Assembly: GCF_018977255.1 (NCBI RefSeq)
Contig: NW_024704742.1
Span: 17,362,001-17,426,000 of the forward strand
Direction: 5' to 3'
Length of the DNA: 64,000 nt
Source of the DNA: Callorhinchus milii
Taxonomy: Eukaryota
In this document: positions 11,619 to 24,803 of the stretch, piece by piece
Numbering within the stretch: the first letter of the stretch is position 1
How the letters are laid out: each line of letters starts with the position of its first letter
Program-made: the position numbers and the translations under genes
The notes under the pieces: model-generated
What the model saw: only the letters and a program-made list of their open reading frames with translations
Database searches by the model: none
Told to the model about the DNA's origin: nothing

Positions 11619-12399
11619 GTGAGGCACAGGAAGGGTTCAGTTCTGACTGGTTCTCACAACAGGGTGATGCTGCTGTCTGTCACATTATTTTGCATTATGG
11701 ATGCATCCTGAAAAATCGCTCCAGTTCATTTTGTGTTTTTTTCTATTTTTAAACAAAATTGGAGATGTCTGCATTTGCTCCCGTGTACTGAATTTATACT
11801 GCATCCTGATTTGAAAACGATCGTGTAGTGTGGGTTGGTATACCACCCTGTTTACATTGTAAGAAATATTCATTTTGTTCTAATGTAGTACAATTTATAT
11901 TTATATAGCACCTGACATCGATAGATTTTTAAAAACTAAAGGGATTAAGGGATATGGGGAGAGGGTGGGTAAATGGAATTAGCTTAGAAGATCAGCCATG
12001 ATCTTATTGAATGGCGGAGCAGGCTCGAGGAGCCAAATGGCCTACTCCTCCTATTTCTTATGTTCTTTCACATCGGGAGGATATCTCAAAGTGAAAGAGT
12101 GGAGGGAGGGGGTTAATTGATGCACTTAACTCACGACTGGACCAAATACGTACAACACTGTTCACAGAATCATGGTTAAAAGTTAGTGATTTGGGGATTT
12201 ATTTTAGCTTTTTCTATTCTCACCATTGGATTAAAACAATAGTTTGTGTCGGTTGCTTTTAACAATTGATTTAGAAAAAACTGCCCAAATGTGAAGTGAT
12301 AAATGACCATATCATACTTTACCAAATATAGGTTACACTGATATTGGGGAAGTTAATGAGTTCTGGATGGTTGTGTGCTTGCCTTTTTGTCTGTTTGCA

Positions 12400-12472
12400 G
12401 CGCCTTGGGACGTCCTCCTGACGTGAAAGGCGCTTTATAAATGGAATCTTGTTGTTGTTGTTGTTGTTGTTG
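12400..12472 (+). mobile_element. Isolated L2 3' tail with (TTG)n
   Basis: GCGCCTTGGGACGTCCTCCTGACGTGAAAGGCGCTTTATAAATGGAATC(TTG)n. Similar tails at ~7035-7080, 23135-23190, 23572-23610 and 49985-50035. Confidence 0.75.
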
Positions 12473-15162
12473 CCTGGCCTAGATGGGGGAGTTTTGAATG
12501 ATCTTCCTGAAACACAATGACTGATCCTACCAGAAATCTTTGAACAATTCAGCTGAACAACCAACCCACCACCAACTATATTACTGAGTCATGCAGATCA
12601 ATAAGGTCGCAGCTAGAGTAGGAGTGATATGGCTGGTCTCGGTGTCCCTGGACTAGGGAGGTGGGAAAAATCAGGTTGGGTTGCTGTTCTGATAGCTGTT
12701 CAGTGTTGCTTGCTGGAATGTGTGAATGTTGGGTGAGTTCAGGATCAGTCACTTGTAATGTTCGCTGTTTGCTGTAGCTCCAACCTCCCAGCTTGGGAGG
12801 CTTTCACCTTTAATTTGTTTATGACCCAAATTCATTGCATCTTTTGTCTACCAGTGCGGCATAATTTGTTACCTTAATAATTTCTGAATATCATTACAGA
12901 AAGTACTTCCTTTTTTTCTCAGGGAGAGACTGTTCAACTTACAATGACGAGGACCACATTCTGTAATGGGGAACTATATTTTAATTGAGGGAGGGAAGAA
13001 AGATTTTTGCACTGCCTTTTATGAAACTTTCACAACTCTTTTAAAACTTGCATTTTTAAAAAAATGCAAAATGCCACACACACACTGTAGTAATGTCCAT
13101 GAGAAACTTGCAGCTAATGACATTGGAGATTATCTGTTAACTGAATTGTTTCAGAAACAAAAGACCTTTGGGCTGGTTTGAGCATTGACAGGTCTAATTA
13201 ATTGAAGACTGTGTTGATACTAGTGTTAAGGATTGGACCTGTCACCAAATGTCTCTGAAATTAATCACTTCAAAGTAGCTGATTTAAAAAAAACAGGGTG
13301 CAAGAAACATACAGTAATGGTTCACTAATTGGCCATGTTTCACTCGATGTGCCGTCAATTCTGTAAACCCTTTGACAACAGTCTAATACCACTTGTAAAC
13401 CAGAAAGGACTTTTCCAAACTTAATACCATGTTTTTACTAGTATATTGGCGTGCGTGTGAAAGTATGTTGTTTTTGTAGCCTTCAACTCCATTTTTAAAT
13501 GCGGTTTCTGCCTTGATTGGCTACAATACTGTTTCAATAATGCAGAATTTACATTTTCTGAAATCCACACTGTGCCATTCTTTTTGAATCTTATTTGGTG
13601 CAGCAGTACTCAAATATTCCTCACTTTATTTTGTACTGTAATGGGGGCCAAAACAAAAAGGTAATGACACTTGGAGACTGAAACCAATGAGGAATAAACA
13701 GCTGGTTTATAGGAGCAAGAGCACTACCTGGCTGAGGCTCTTTAGAATATACATCTGAGGACTGATGTATTTAAGTGTGTGTGTCTCTGAGATATCTATG
13801 GTTTTAAGAGATTCCATACAGACTCGGCAAGCCACAAATTAGTGATCATGGTGGTCTCTTTCTTGAAACTTGCCCTTTGATATTTGAGGTTCACCACAAC
13901 CCTTTTTACAACGCCCCTTATTTCATGCCATAATTGTTCTTTTTTTGAAGCTGGTGGTCTATGGCTAGATGAAGAACAGGAGCACTGCTTTCCACAGAGG
14001 AGTGAAAGTCTCGCTCAGAATTAAAATCCTGGTGGGAAAACAAGCCCACCTGCGGTGCATTAGTCCAGCCCGGACGCTAGTCAATAAAATGTCTCCGGCA
14101 GTGGTAGCACTGTGAAATGCTTTTGGACTTATAGTGAGCCTTTCACTTTCTCATTCAGTCCCTGTTAACCTGCATCAGGCTCTTTGAATATGTGATAATA
14201 CTGTTTGTTCCCCTGTAGTTAGGTTAGTATTATTATAAATTGGACAGTTAATTCTTGACAGTGTGAATCTACATGAAGGAGGTCAGTTTTGAAATGCTGC
14301 TCCAGTGCTTACTTTATTTTCTTCTCTCTCTTTCCCCCCCCTCCCACCCACCACCCAACTGTAGGTTAGTGGGTAAATATGCTGTTTGTTGTGCCACATA
14401 TTCATACAGATAAATCTGCCAGCTCTGGTGACCATCTGCCCAGAGTTAATTGATCTCGGGTAGGGAGGTAGGGTGGCAGCAGATATGCTACAAATGTGTC
14501 CCAGGGCTCAGATTCCTACAAGTCCTACTAGAAAGTGCAATCATTTGATGTAGTATGAAGAGACAATTGACTCCTTTTGTGCCCTCTTTTGATCTTTTAA
14601 CCTGTAGGCACAGACTGTCCCACGTAAAGAATGATCCCTGGCGGGAGGTACTGGAAGGCTGTCCGCACTAGTGGAACTATATCCTGGCAGGTTCAATGAT
14701 GACAGAAAGGGAATAAAATGGAAACAATGACAGAGTCCTGCCTATGTAGCTCCTTCAATGGATTGTTCAATTCGTAGTCTGGTCAGATTTTAATCCCAAA
14801 TATTTTCGCTGTATTTTACTTCCATGATCAAAGTTTCCTCGCAATCTTGTCCGGACACCTCTATGGTAGCACATTGCTTCCAAGTTACTTCCTCTTTACT
14901 CCCTCCTCTTCCCCCCCCCCCAATAAAGTTAATGTCCCATGACCATTGATGTGCTGGTATTTAGATTCTCATCTGGTGGCAAGACATCTAGCTCTGACTG
15001 CGCTAATATAACTACAAAATGGACTGAGCTGGCTCATAAAAGGAAGCACAGTGTGTTTCTGGAACAGCCTCAGTTGAATTCCACAAACAAAAACAGAAAC
15101 AGTGCTGCAGACCAGTACATCATTGAGATTCTGGGTCTGACTTTTTACGTTTTATTTGACAG

Positions 15163-15271
15163 ATAAGATCGTAAAATTTAATCGCACTAAGCCATATCCG
15201 GATATCCAGGAGGAAGAGCGACGTCATGGATACCCTAATGTCACTAACATCGTGTCTGAGACTGGATTCAG
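15163..15271 (+). CDS. TMEM192: TMEM192 coding exon 5
   Basis: TTTGACAG| ... AG|GTGAAT, 109 nt, phase 1-2. [18 protein letters not shown]...SETGFR matches human KIRRFNKAKPEPDILEEE...SETGFR. Confidence 0.96.
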
Positions 15272-15845
15272 GTGAATGCTTCTTTCAGTAAATAATTTAT
15301 AATGAAATAAAAGATCATATAGCGCTCAATCTGCCTTCTAAATCTAGGTTGGAGTGACCTGATCTTAAAAGCAATAAAGTGACTGCCTGCCTCCCAACCA
15401 GATGCTGCTTGGTGTTGTGTTGTAGCCTTAATGGCTGCAGCTCGCCTGCCCTTCTGTCTGAATACTGACTGCTCTTGGTTGGATCATTGTGAGCAAACAA
15501 GCGAGGATTAGATGGCTTGCTGGTTGATGCCTGGTGTGATATTACTCCTACAGTTGAGAGCTTTCCAAAAGGTTTTCTTGCCCTCTATCATGACAAAGAT
15601 TATGGAGTCTTTCATCCACAACTCCATAATTCGGGCTACTAATAATTTGCCTACAAAATAGTCACTACACTTCACAGTTTAGTGTAAAGCGTTTTGAGAT
15701 GTCTCGATATAAGGTGTTATATTATTTTTTAAAATTATTTATTGATTATACTCCAATGCAGTACTGGGAGAACATTGTTTTAAGTTACCATCTATTCAGA
15801 AAGAAGGGATTTTTCTCCCAGGATTCTGGCCAACAATTGGGTATG

Positions 15846-16222
15846 TGGAGTCCTGTAGCTTTTTGGTTAGAGGACTTGGCTCGCAAGTGAGAGGATTTGG
15901 GTTCAATTCCCGGGCAGGGTGAAATGTAAGGCAAATTTCCTTACTCCACATGCCTCTGTTTACCTAGCAGTAAGTAGGAACCAGTTATTAGTCGATTTGC
16001 GGATCACTTTTCTGGGGACAAAAATAATTTTAAAAATTGGTGGTCACTCAGTCCACGACTGTTTGTGGGACATTGCTGCGTGCAATTGGCTGCCATGATT
16101 CGTCCACAAAATATATAGTCAATTCAGTATATTTACAATATATTTGGTAAAGCGCTTTGAGATGTGTCGAAGACATGATAAGGCGCTATATCAAATGCAA
16201 GAATTATTATTAATTATTATAA
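15846..16222 (+). mobile_element. Full-length Deu-SINE, long form
   Basis: GGAGTCCTGTAGCT head, extra segment, Deu core, (TTA)n tail. Confidence 0.88.
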
Positions 16223-17199
16223 TCACCTCATAGATATTAGCGTGACCTTGTTGTTGCAAATAGTTGCTTCCTTTTGTTATCAGCAGTGCCCTGGAGTACC
16301 CTAGAGTCTGGGTTCCTAAGCCTGGCTCCCAAGACTGGCACAATGGGTTGTCTCAATTCTAACATTCTGTTGTCAAGCTCCAAGGAGAGCCCACCTCCCT
16401 CCCCATACCCCAGGAGGATAGTCATTAGTTGATCATTTGAAATCCATCAAGCACAGGTTTGAGGCCACGCTAGGTGGATTGAATACCAGGTATCAGGAAC
16501 TCCCTGCAAGCTGGAACAGCACAGCTCGACATGAGATATGTGAGAGCATTATTACCACCTCCTGACCACAGGTGGGACTTGCATTCCTACCTGTTGACCA
16601 AAGATTCCACAAATCAGAAGTGTAGAGGCTGGAAGTGTAGAGGTTGAACAGCAGTTGCTCACTTCTCTGCATACAAATTAAGGAGGATACTAATCCCTGG
16701 ATATGCGCGTGTGTGTTTACAATCCCAGTCTCCAGGTAACGGCTTCCAACAGCTGGCATCCCAAGCTGGAGTTTTGTCATCAGCAATTGAACAACCGACT
16801 GCCTTCTGCTGGTGGGGTGGGTGAGAGGAGTAGATTTTCAGGACAGCTTGTGACGCGCCAGGCACCTTGATGTTCTCATTCTAAATCCAAGCCGTGTACC
16901 AGGCTTACTTAACAACAACTGCTCGAATCTGTTACTGGCTGAGCTACTGAGAGGAACATGCGGAGAGAAATTCTATCTAGGTCTAGATTTACTCAGTTTA
17001 TGTAGCATTTCAATGTTGAATTTAGAAAATTCTTAAATAAGGCCTTATTTTTTAAGTTGGTTTTCTGTAACTTTTTTAAAGAAATGACCCAGGTGGAATT
17101 TTCTCCCTTTACGATTTAATGTGGAGTTGGAATATGATGCATGGAACAGCACACAGTTGTGTCCAATGTTCTTCAAAGCATTTGATTTTATCTTTACAG

Positions 17200-17323
17200 G
17201 GATGGATCAAGCATGGAAAACCTTGTGGAAAAGCAAGCCGACCTCATTGATTACTTAACAATGCACAACGTGCAGCTGAGTAAAAGACTGCTGAGCTTAA
17301 CCACACAACAGATAAGAGAGTAA
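17200..17323 (+). CDS. TMEM192: TMEM192 coding exon 6 (terminal)
   Basis: TCTTTACAG| acceptor. [40 protein letters not shown] matches human [29 protein letters not shown]. The six exons total 777 nt (258 aa plus stop). Confidence 0.96.
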
Positions 17324-18814
17324 CGCAGGAGGAGAAGTAGAAGATTGCGAGTTACCAAAGAATAAAGAGGCAGAGCTTGTGCTCCGGACTAGTTATCTGT
17401 CAGTCCTGCCATAAACTCTTCATGATAGGACAAAAATGCGGTGTAATGAAGCTTGTTTCGATTTATGGCTGAATGAAGATTGTATTGTGAAGTCAGACTT
17501 ATCACTGGAGCCTGCAGAAGCGTCCAAAAGCTTATGACAAACTTGAAAACACTAAGGAGGGGTTTTCACCTTCTGACAAGCTATTGCTTACTTGCATTAT
17601 CGTGATACAAAAGTTTTCACCTTGGCTGACCTGTGCCACCCCACCTTTTCCCTCCTTCCCTGATTTGTGTGAAATTGTATTAATCTGTACATGCTAGAAC
17701 TGTTGAAATCTTTCTTCCTCTTGTGATCTTAACATGTGCTACTATACTTTGAGATCATTGTTGAAATATTCTAAAAAATGTTGTGAACAAGTTTGAGGTA
17801 TAAAAAGATGTGTGTGTTTTTTTAAAAAAGGCATCATTTGCCAGTTAAGTTGTAAATGTCCCAGTTTTTTGTTTTGAATAATGATCCCATCAACACTTCA
17901 GTGTTGAGATCAATGGATAGCAAAATTCCACTGAGCACTGAAAACAGCTGTCTGAAATGAAGTGGGAAATGACAAACTTGTCTATCTTTTCTGATATAAT
18001 GATGTGAAAATTGTCAGCTATACATTGGAAATGTTGCTTGGTATTGATTGCTGGATAATAAATATTTTCCTAAGATCTCGTCCATTTTGATGGATTGTTC
18101 CTTTCTTCATTCATTCAGCCTCCACATAAATGGGATTAATTTGCCATCTCGTCGTGGGAGGAATGTTACCCTGGGAAACGGTCCATTTCAAAGTTTTGTA
18201 CCATGTGAGGCATCAATATCGAGTTTCATTAAGTTTATATATTATGTCAATAGTTGAGTTCATCATTTTTATTGCACTCAGATTTGGGAGAATTCCTGTT
18301 TTTTAAAAAAACTAAATACACATTCAAAAAACAAAACTTGATTCCCTTAAGCTAATGTGTGTTGTGCCAGACTGATGTGGGCTTGTGAAAGGTTTGAGTC
18401 CATTAACTTCAAATTTTTCTACAGGACTATAGTCACTCTGAGTAACAAATTTGCTCAATATTTATGGTTTTGGTGGTGGTTGGGGGGCTGTTCTGTTAAT
18501 TGTACCTGCACTCTCCTGAAAGAGTTTGGCTTCTTTTTCCCTATACTCTACTGTGCTATGCACCATGTTACCACATACAATTTTTTGGGTTAACAACTTT
18601 CAATGTAATAATAATACTTGCATTTGATATAGTGCCTTATCACGTCATTGAAACTTTTCAAAGCGCCTCACAGGATACATGTAAAGTGAATTGAGTGTAT
18701 TTTGTGGGCAAAACGCGGTAACCAATCGTGCACAGCAGTATTATACTATTACGCAGATATTTGTTTTGTAGGCTATTTTAACCATCGGGGAGAGGAGAGT
18801 TGGAGGCATTTCCT

Positions 18815-19220
18815 TTCATAGATTTTTCATAGATTCATAGAATGTTACGGCACAGAAGGAGGCCATTCGGCCCATCGAGTCTGTGCCGGCTCTTTGACAG
18901 AGCAAGTCACTTTCACTAACCCCAATCACCAGCTTTCTTCCCATAACCCTGCAAACCCGTCTTCCCCAGATACCTATCCAGTTCTCTCTAAAAAGCTGTT
19001 ATTGAATCGGACTTCACTACCCTTTCAGGCAGATCATTCCAAATTTGAACAACTCGCTGAGTGAAAACAAAATTTCTAACCTCCCCTCTGCTTCTTTTGG
19101 TAGATAGCTTAAGACTGTGACCACGGGTCACAGACACACCTACCAGCGGAAACAGCTTTTCCTTATCCAGCTGTCGAAACCTATCATGATCTTGAAGACC
19201 TCTATCAGGTCCCCTCTCTC
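18815..19220 (-). mobile_element. CR1-type LINE 3' end
   Basis: (TTCATAGA)n tail then GAAGGAGGCCATTCGGCCCATCGAGTCTG, typical of chondrichthyan CR1 ends. Shorter CR1 tails at ~11915-12066, 28560-28880, 33360-33485, 42090-42245 and 61010-61150. Confidence 0.75.
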
Positions 19221-19939
19221 AATATCCACACAACTGCACTTGCCTGAGACCCCTGCCTAATGCTTTCCCCCCATGCCTTGGTTTTCTCTCCCTTCTTCAC
19301 TAGTCTAAAGCCAATTATATCTCCCATTAGTGTCACGTTATCTGCGGTAAATGCAGACTAGGTACGGAACCTGGATGTTTGAGTGGAAATAAATTTGACA
19401 AAGAGTTTCCTTTGAATCCTAAATTTAATTAAAGGTTTTATTAAAGCACTTTGAGATACTTTAATAAAACATGGTCTTGCGAAAGTTTTGAATCCATTAG
19501 TTTATTTTTTTCTTTAGTACTATGGTCACTCTGATATTCAGTAATAATTTTGCCCAATGTTTATGGTATTGATGGGATGTTCTGTTAATCGGTGAAATGT
19601 GCTATATAAAGTGCAAGTTGTTATCACTGTATTGATCTACCTGTTTTTGCTCTTTCATGCTTCCTCTCTCCCCAAGCCCCTCAAACCAAACAATCTGCCA
19701 GGAACGCTGCTTTGTATCTATACATTTCCTGTTCTGTTGGCTTGGGCGTCCCCAAAATTTGGAGGGTGACAGAGATTTTAGCTTCGGTTTTATGTTCCTC
19801 ATCACAAGCTTGTGCCTTTTTCTATAAGTACATTATTACAAGTTAATGTCAGTACTCCTAAGACTTCTGTGACCTGTGCGCCCCCAAATTGAATCAGTTG
19901 AACCTACTAACATTTACCAACCTGTTTGGTCCCTCCGCT

Positions 19940-20240
19940 TGGCAGGCACTGGCCTGCTCCATGTCCCTGCCCGCTCCACCATCAGTGGATAGGCCTTCAG
20001 CCTTTCTGCCCTCAGCCTCTGGAACTCCATCTCGAGGCCCCTCTCTCTCATCTTCCTCCTTTAAGGCCCATCTCAAGAACTTCTTCAACCGTGCCTTCGG
20101 TCACCTTCCCACCCCCATCCCTCTTGCCATCCACCCCTCTTTATTCCAACCCTCAGCTCAGGTGCAAACCCTTCACTGTCCAGTGCCTTGGGATATTCTT
20201 CTGATGTGAAAGGTGCAGTATAAATGCAATTTGTTGTTGA
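19940..20240 (+). mobile_element. L2 LINE 3' fragment
   Basis: SLSSSSFKAHLKNFFNRAFG-type ORF2 end, then the tail GTGAAAGGTGCAGTATAAATGCAATTTGTTGTT. Confidence 0.75.
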
Positions 20241-23200
20241 ATCATTTGCTAACGCTGTCCATGCTCAGACAAGAAGAGTGGGCACTTGGGTCAGGTAACA
20301 ATGGCCCATACCCCAGTCTTCAGGAGAAGGTAAAAGGAATTTGAAAATATAAGGTTGGGATATTTTAATCTCACTGAAGTCGTGGGCTAGTTGCCCCTTT
20401 AATCCTGACCACATTATCAGCTGTTGGGGTAAATAGGACATTTCAACATGTTGATGTGCCAGTTGTGTTTTGTTTCCATTTCCAACTTGCTTATCAAATA
20501 AACTCTAGTACTATTAAACATGTAATATTCACAATGTATCATTGGTTAACCCTGGGGAATTAAATTTGTAATCAATGCTTTCAGAAACTCAGAATATCTG
20601 AAAAGAATTTCCCATCACATGGAACTAACCTGAACGATTTTCTGTTTTCTCATTTTCTGTGTCAGGGCAGCAACTTCATGATAGAATATAGTTCCATGCC
20701 ACTATCCAATTTGCCTACACACACACTTCACTAAAATCCCTGTAAAGTGCTTTGTGATTCTTCAATGCATACGGTCCTTTAAAAAAATGCATGTTTCTTC
20801 TTTCTAAATAGTTATCTGAGACCAGCCATTGATGCCTACAATCTACAGGGTGTCCACAAAGTTCTCTTACCTTCCTGTTGCAAAACAGTAATATGGGACT
20901 ATGGAGGAGCTGAAACAAACTATCAAAGATGCATTTTGTCTTCTCGCTCCATCCATGTTATGAAAGATATCACACCGAACATGGTGACGGATCATTATCT
21001 GGTATGAAAATGATAGCGCTCACACAGATCCTATGGACTTCTAAATACAGTTAAACATTTGCACTGAATACAATTAAGTACTTCTGAATACAATTATCTT
21101 CATGCTTCCACATGTTCCAGTTGTTGGTCAGTGCACGGGGGGAAAAAAAACATGGGGGTAACAGGACTTTGTGGAGACACTGTACATGGATGATATCGCA
21201 GCTGCTGGCAAGGATGTTCACCAGAACCCTCAGCACAACTTGTATATATCAGCTCAATCAACAATCCAATGTTGGTCAGTGCTCTTGGGATCCTCCTGTT
21301 CCCTGTGGTGAGATTCATATGGAGTTCTGGTTGAAGATTATCAATTTCTACTTTCTCTGTAGGATGAATCGCAACTTCATATGTTCTGCCAAATTTTCCA
21401 CTGAGCACGTCCACAATAAATTGCTACATTTGAACTTTTAGAACGCATTATTTAATAAAATTGGTACAGTATATGAATGATTCATTTTTTTCCCCACAAG
21501 TACAAGTATGGAAAGATGCTAAGAAATAAAAATGTGCTCATTCCTTTTTTTTGGCAAAATTGTCAGACAAACATAACAATAAAAATTAAACAACAAATTA
21601 GGCTTTTTGAAAATGTACACATTGGGAGTACCTTCAACTGAGTTCTACAATTAGAGTAAAAATAACTAGATTATGAGTTGTAATATAACATTGTATTTGG
21701 TCAGCCAGGGATCTGACATATGAGGAGACTCATTACCAGCCTTAAGCATAACCAACCAAGAGTCCTGCACATTCATGTTATCTATGCATGGAAATTTCCC
21801 TGTGCAAGGACTGGAATGTACACCCTCTCCCTGGAGGGTGTTAGCCCGTTTACCTAATTCTGGAGAGTAAGTATTAGGTCGGCGAGGCCAAGTGTTAGAG
21901 CTCCCAGGATGTGCATTGGGAGTCCTTGCCGGAGTTCATCCAGCTAAAATCACATAGCTTGCTGTTGTGACACTTTGACTTAGGGCTTTGGCTTTCAGGA
22001 TGAACAGGAGCTGAGCCCCAGTCTGCCCTTCCATATCCTGCTAATGAGACAGGCTAGCTGAGGAATCAGACTACTCAGACTGCCACCGAGAATGTAACCT
22101 ATAGTGTACATACTTATAGTGCCTCTAATAAATACTAAGTGGCGTACCCACAGTATTAAACATTAGCACATCTTGATCTCTGAATTAGTCTGTAGAGTGA
22201 ATGTATGCATCATGGGACAGCATTACTTCGACTAGATAGTAATTTCTATTAAAATAAGAGGAAAGGTAGAAACTTCTTAACAAACTTTCACAAGAGAGGT
22301 GCAGGTATGCTCTTTAGTGATCTAATGTCCTCTGACTTGTTATTATAAACAGCTTTGAAGCCCTAGATTTTTTTTCTTCCACATAGACAAAGCTTCGCAA
22401 TTTCCTCGTTGAAATGGCACATGCATATTTTACTCTGACTCTGCATTTGAATCCTTTTTTGTCCATTTGTGATGAGTCAATTACAATGCCATTCATTGTC
22501 CATCGGTAATGGCCTACTTACCTGGACAGAGTGCTTACTTTCTAATGAAAGGACGTTCCAGGAATGATATTCACAGATGTATGGGCCTCTTGTTGTGAAC
22601 CTTGGACAGATCTCAGTAACATCTCACTTCTATTCCTCCACCTTCACCACAACAACAAAAAGCACTTCAATGCTGTACTGTTGAGATGTTAATGCAGTTA
22701 GTAGTGGTAAATATAGTGACATTTTATTTCACAGTATTACAATGTAGGTATATTAAATGTGAGATTTAAGATTGTTGAACCATGTCCTTTTAGGGATTTA
22801 AACCGTTAAATATTGAACAGTGTACTTTGGATCAATTGGTGACAGGTGGCATGTACATTGGCTGGCCTTAGATCCTTTGAATTGTAAAGTTTATCTGGAA
22901 AGTATTTGGTGTAATTCTGGCAAACCACAATTAAAGTCAGTCTTCCAGATCCTCTGTATTTTCTCTTTGCATCTCTGATTTCTGAGTCCTGTGATATTTT
23001 AACTGTCGAGTGACGCAATTGGGCTGGCTTATTGAGTATTGATCATATTTCCGATCTGAGTGAGTCAATAGAAGTAAAAGGCCTCTGCGTATACAATTTC
23101 TCCTCCTCAAAGGATGGAAGTGGAGCTTCGGGAAGCTCTGGGATACTACCCTACGTGAAGGGTGCTATATAAAACTGCAAGTTGTTGTTTCTGTGGCAGA

Positions 23201-24484
23201 TATTCAGGATTGGCTTTGGATTGGCTCATCTGCTGTGGATCCCTTCAATTCTTACAGTAACTATATTATGGGGAGAGAAAAGCACAATTAGTATATAGAA
23301 ACAGCTCAATCTCTTAACTACTACTGTGGGTTTCTGACAGCTAACGATGTAAATTAATGTCACAGTACTTTGAAACTAAATTGCACTGACCCTCCACTGT
23401 ATAGTACAATAAACCATCCTTATGCAGTTCTACTGCAAGTCCTGAAGTTTCATCTTTAAGTGGACATGGGATTCAATAGAATTTACATACAAACCTGAAC
23501 AATAATCTTTCAGGATGTGCAGGGGCTGAATGAATAAGTCTGCTTTAAGCTAAGAAGGATAATGCACTCTATAAAGGCGCTCTATAAATGAAATCTTGTT
23601 GTTGTTGTTGCACTTTCTACATGGCGTGTTTTTGGTCCCCTCCCTACCCCCTTTGGCTCCCACCCCCAGTATGGGTGCCAAGTCAGTAGAGATAAGCATT
23701 TTGAGACATCCACCTGACATAAAAGGCCCTAAACTCTATACCCAGCATTGATGCTGCATCAGATGGTGCCACTACCCATTAGGCTATCAATGGACCTAAT
23801 TTAGAGCCATGGTGGAGTTTGCAATCTTTGTCTCCAAACAGATGTAAGATTTTGTGGAATTATCATGCAAATCAAACATTCTGCTGCATTCCACATGCCC
23901 TGTCTCCTCAGGACTGCTAATAGCCTTTGTTTGCTTTGTTCAGCAAACGTAATTAAGCTTCTATAGATTCCTCCGTTTGCTGGAGTCCCTTCAAGTGGCT
24001 GCATGAACTGTAAACACCTCCCTTTTCAACTCTTCTGAAGTTTCACTCAACTTCAGTTAATATCACAGTAAGCATCCACTGGTGGACCTAGAACCTGATA
24101 GTTATATACATTGAGAAAGTAAAACAATTATAGAGGATTCGTCATTCGATTGTAATGTATTGGAATAGTTTTGACAACTATTAGCAATGTTTGCAGTTGG
24201 TAAGGTCTTAAAGTCTCAAACAAGCTGATGCGAGATAGCATCCACTCGATACAATATTGTGTATCCCGGATACCCTAATACAATAGCTAGTTTTACACTG
24301 GCTAGTTTGCAACACATCTAAGAAGAACAATTTCTTGTTTACTAAATCAAATGTTAAATTTCTTGTAAGATTTTGGTTTTAAAAATATAATTGTCTGAAT
24401 TCTTTTGGCTAAATTTCATCATTAGTAAGCAGGACTTTGATTTCCACTTTCTAGTTAAGGCAGTTTATTAGGAGGATTATTAGG

Positions 24485-24803
24485 TGGAGTCCTGTCGCTC
24501 AGTGGTTAGAGCACTTGCCTTGCAAGCAAGACACCTGGGTTCAATTCCAGGCAGAGGGCGAAACCTTGGGCAAGTTTCCTTACTCCACACGCCTAATAAT
24601 AATCCCTCCAAAACAAAACAATAATAAATTGGTCATTTTCAATCCACGACTGTTTGTGGGACTCTGCTGTGCGCAATTGGCTGCCGCGTTTCGCCCACAA
24701 ATATGCGGTCAATTCACTTCACAGTCTATTCTGTGAAGTGCTTTGAGATGTCGAGAAGACATGAAAAGCGCTAAATCAAATGCAAGGATTATTATTATTA
24801 TTA
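24485..24803 (+). mobile_element. Full-length Deu-SINE, short form
   Basis: Head with A box (TCGCTCAGTGG) and B box (GGTTCAATTCC), Deu core and tail. Confidence 0.9.

Noticed and set aside
20470..22640. APELA non-coding 3' exon(s): possible acceptor near 21040 and donor near 22521 on the - strand
   Set aside because: Splice-like motifs are present, but boundaries cannot be supported without transcript data.
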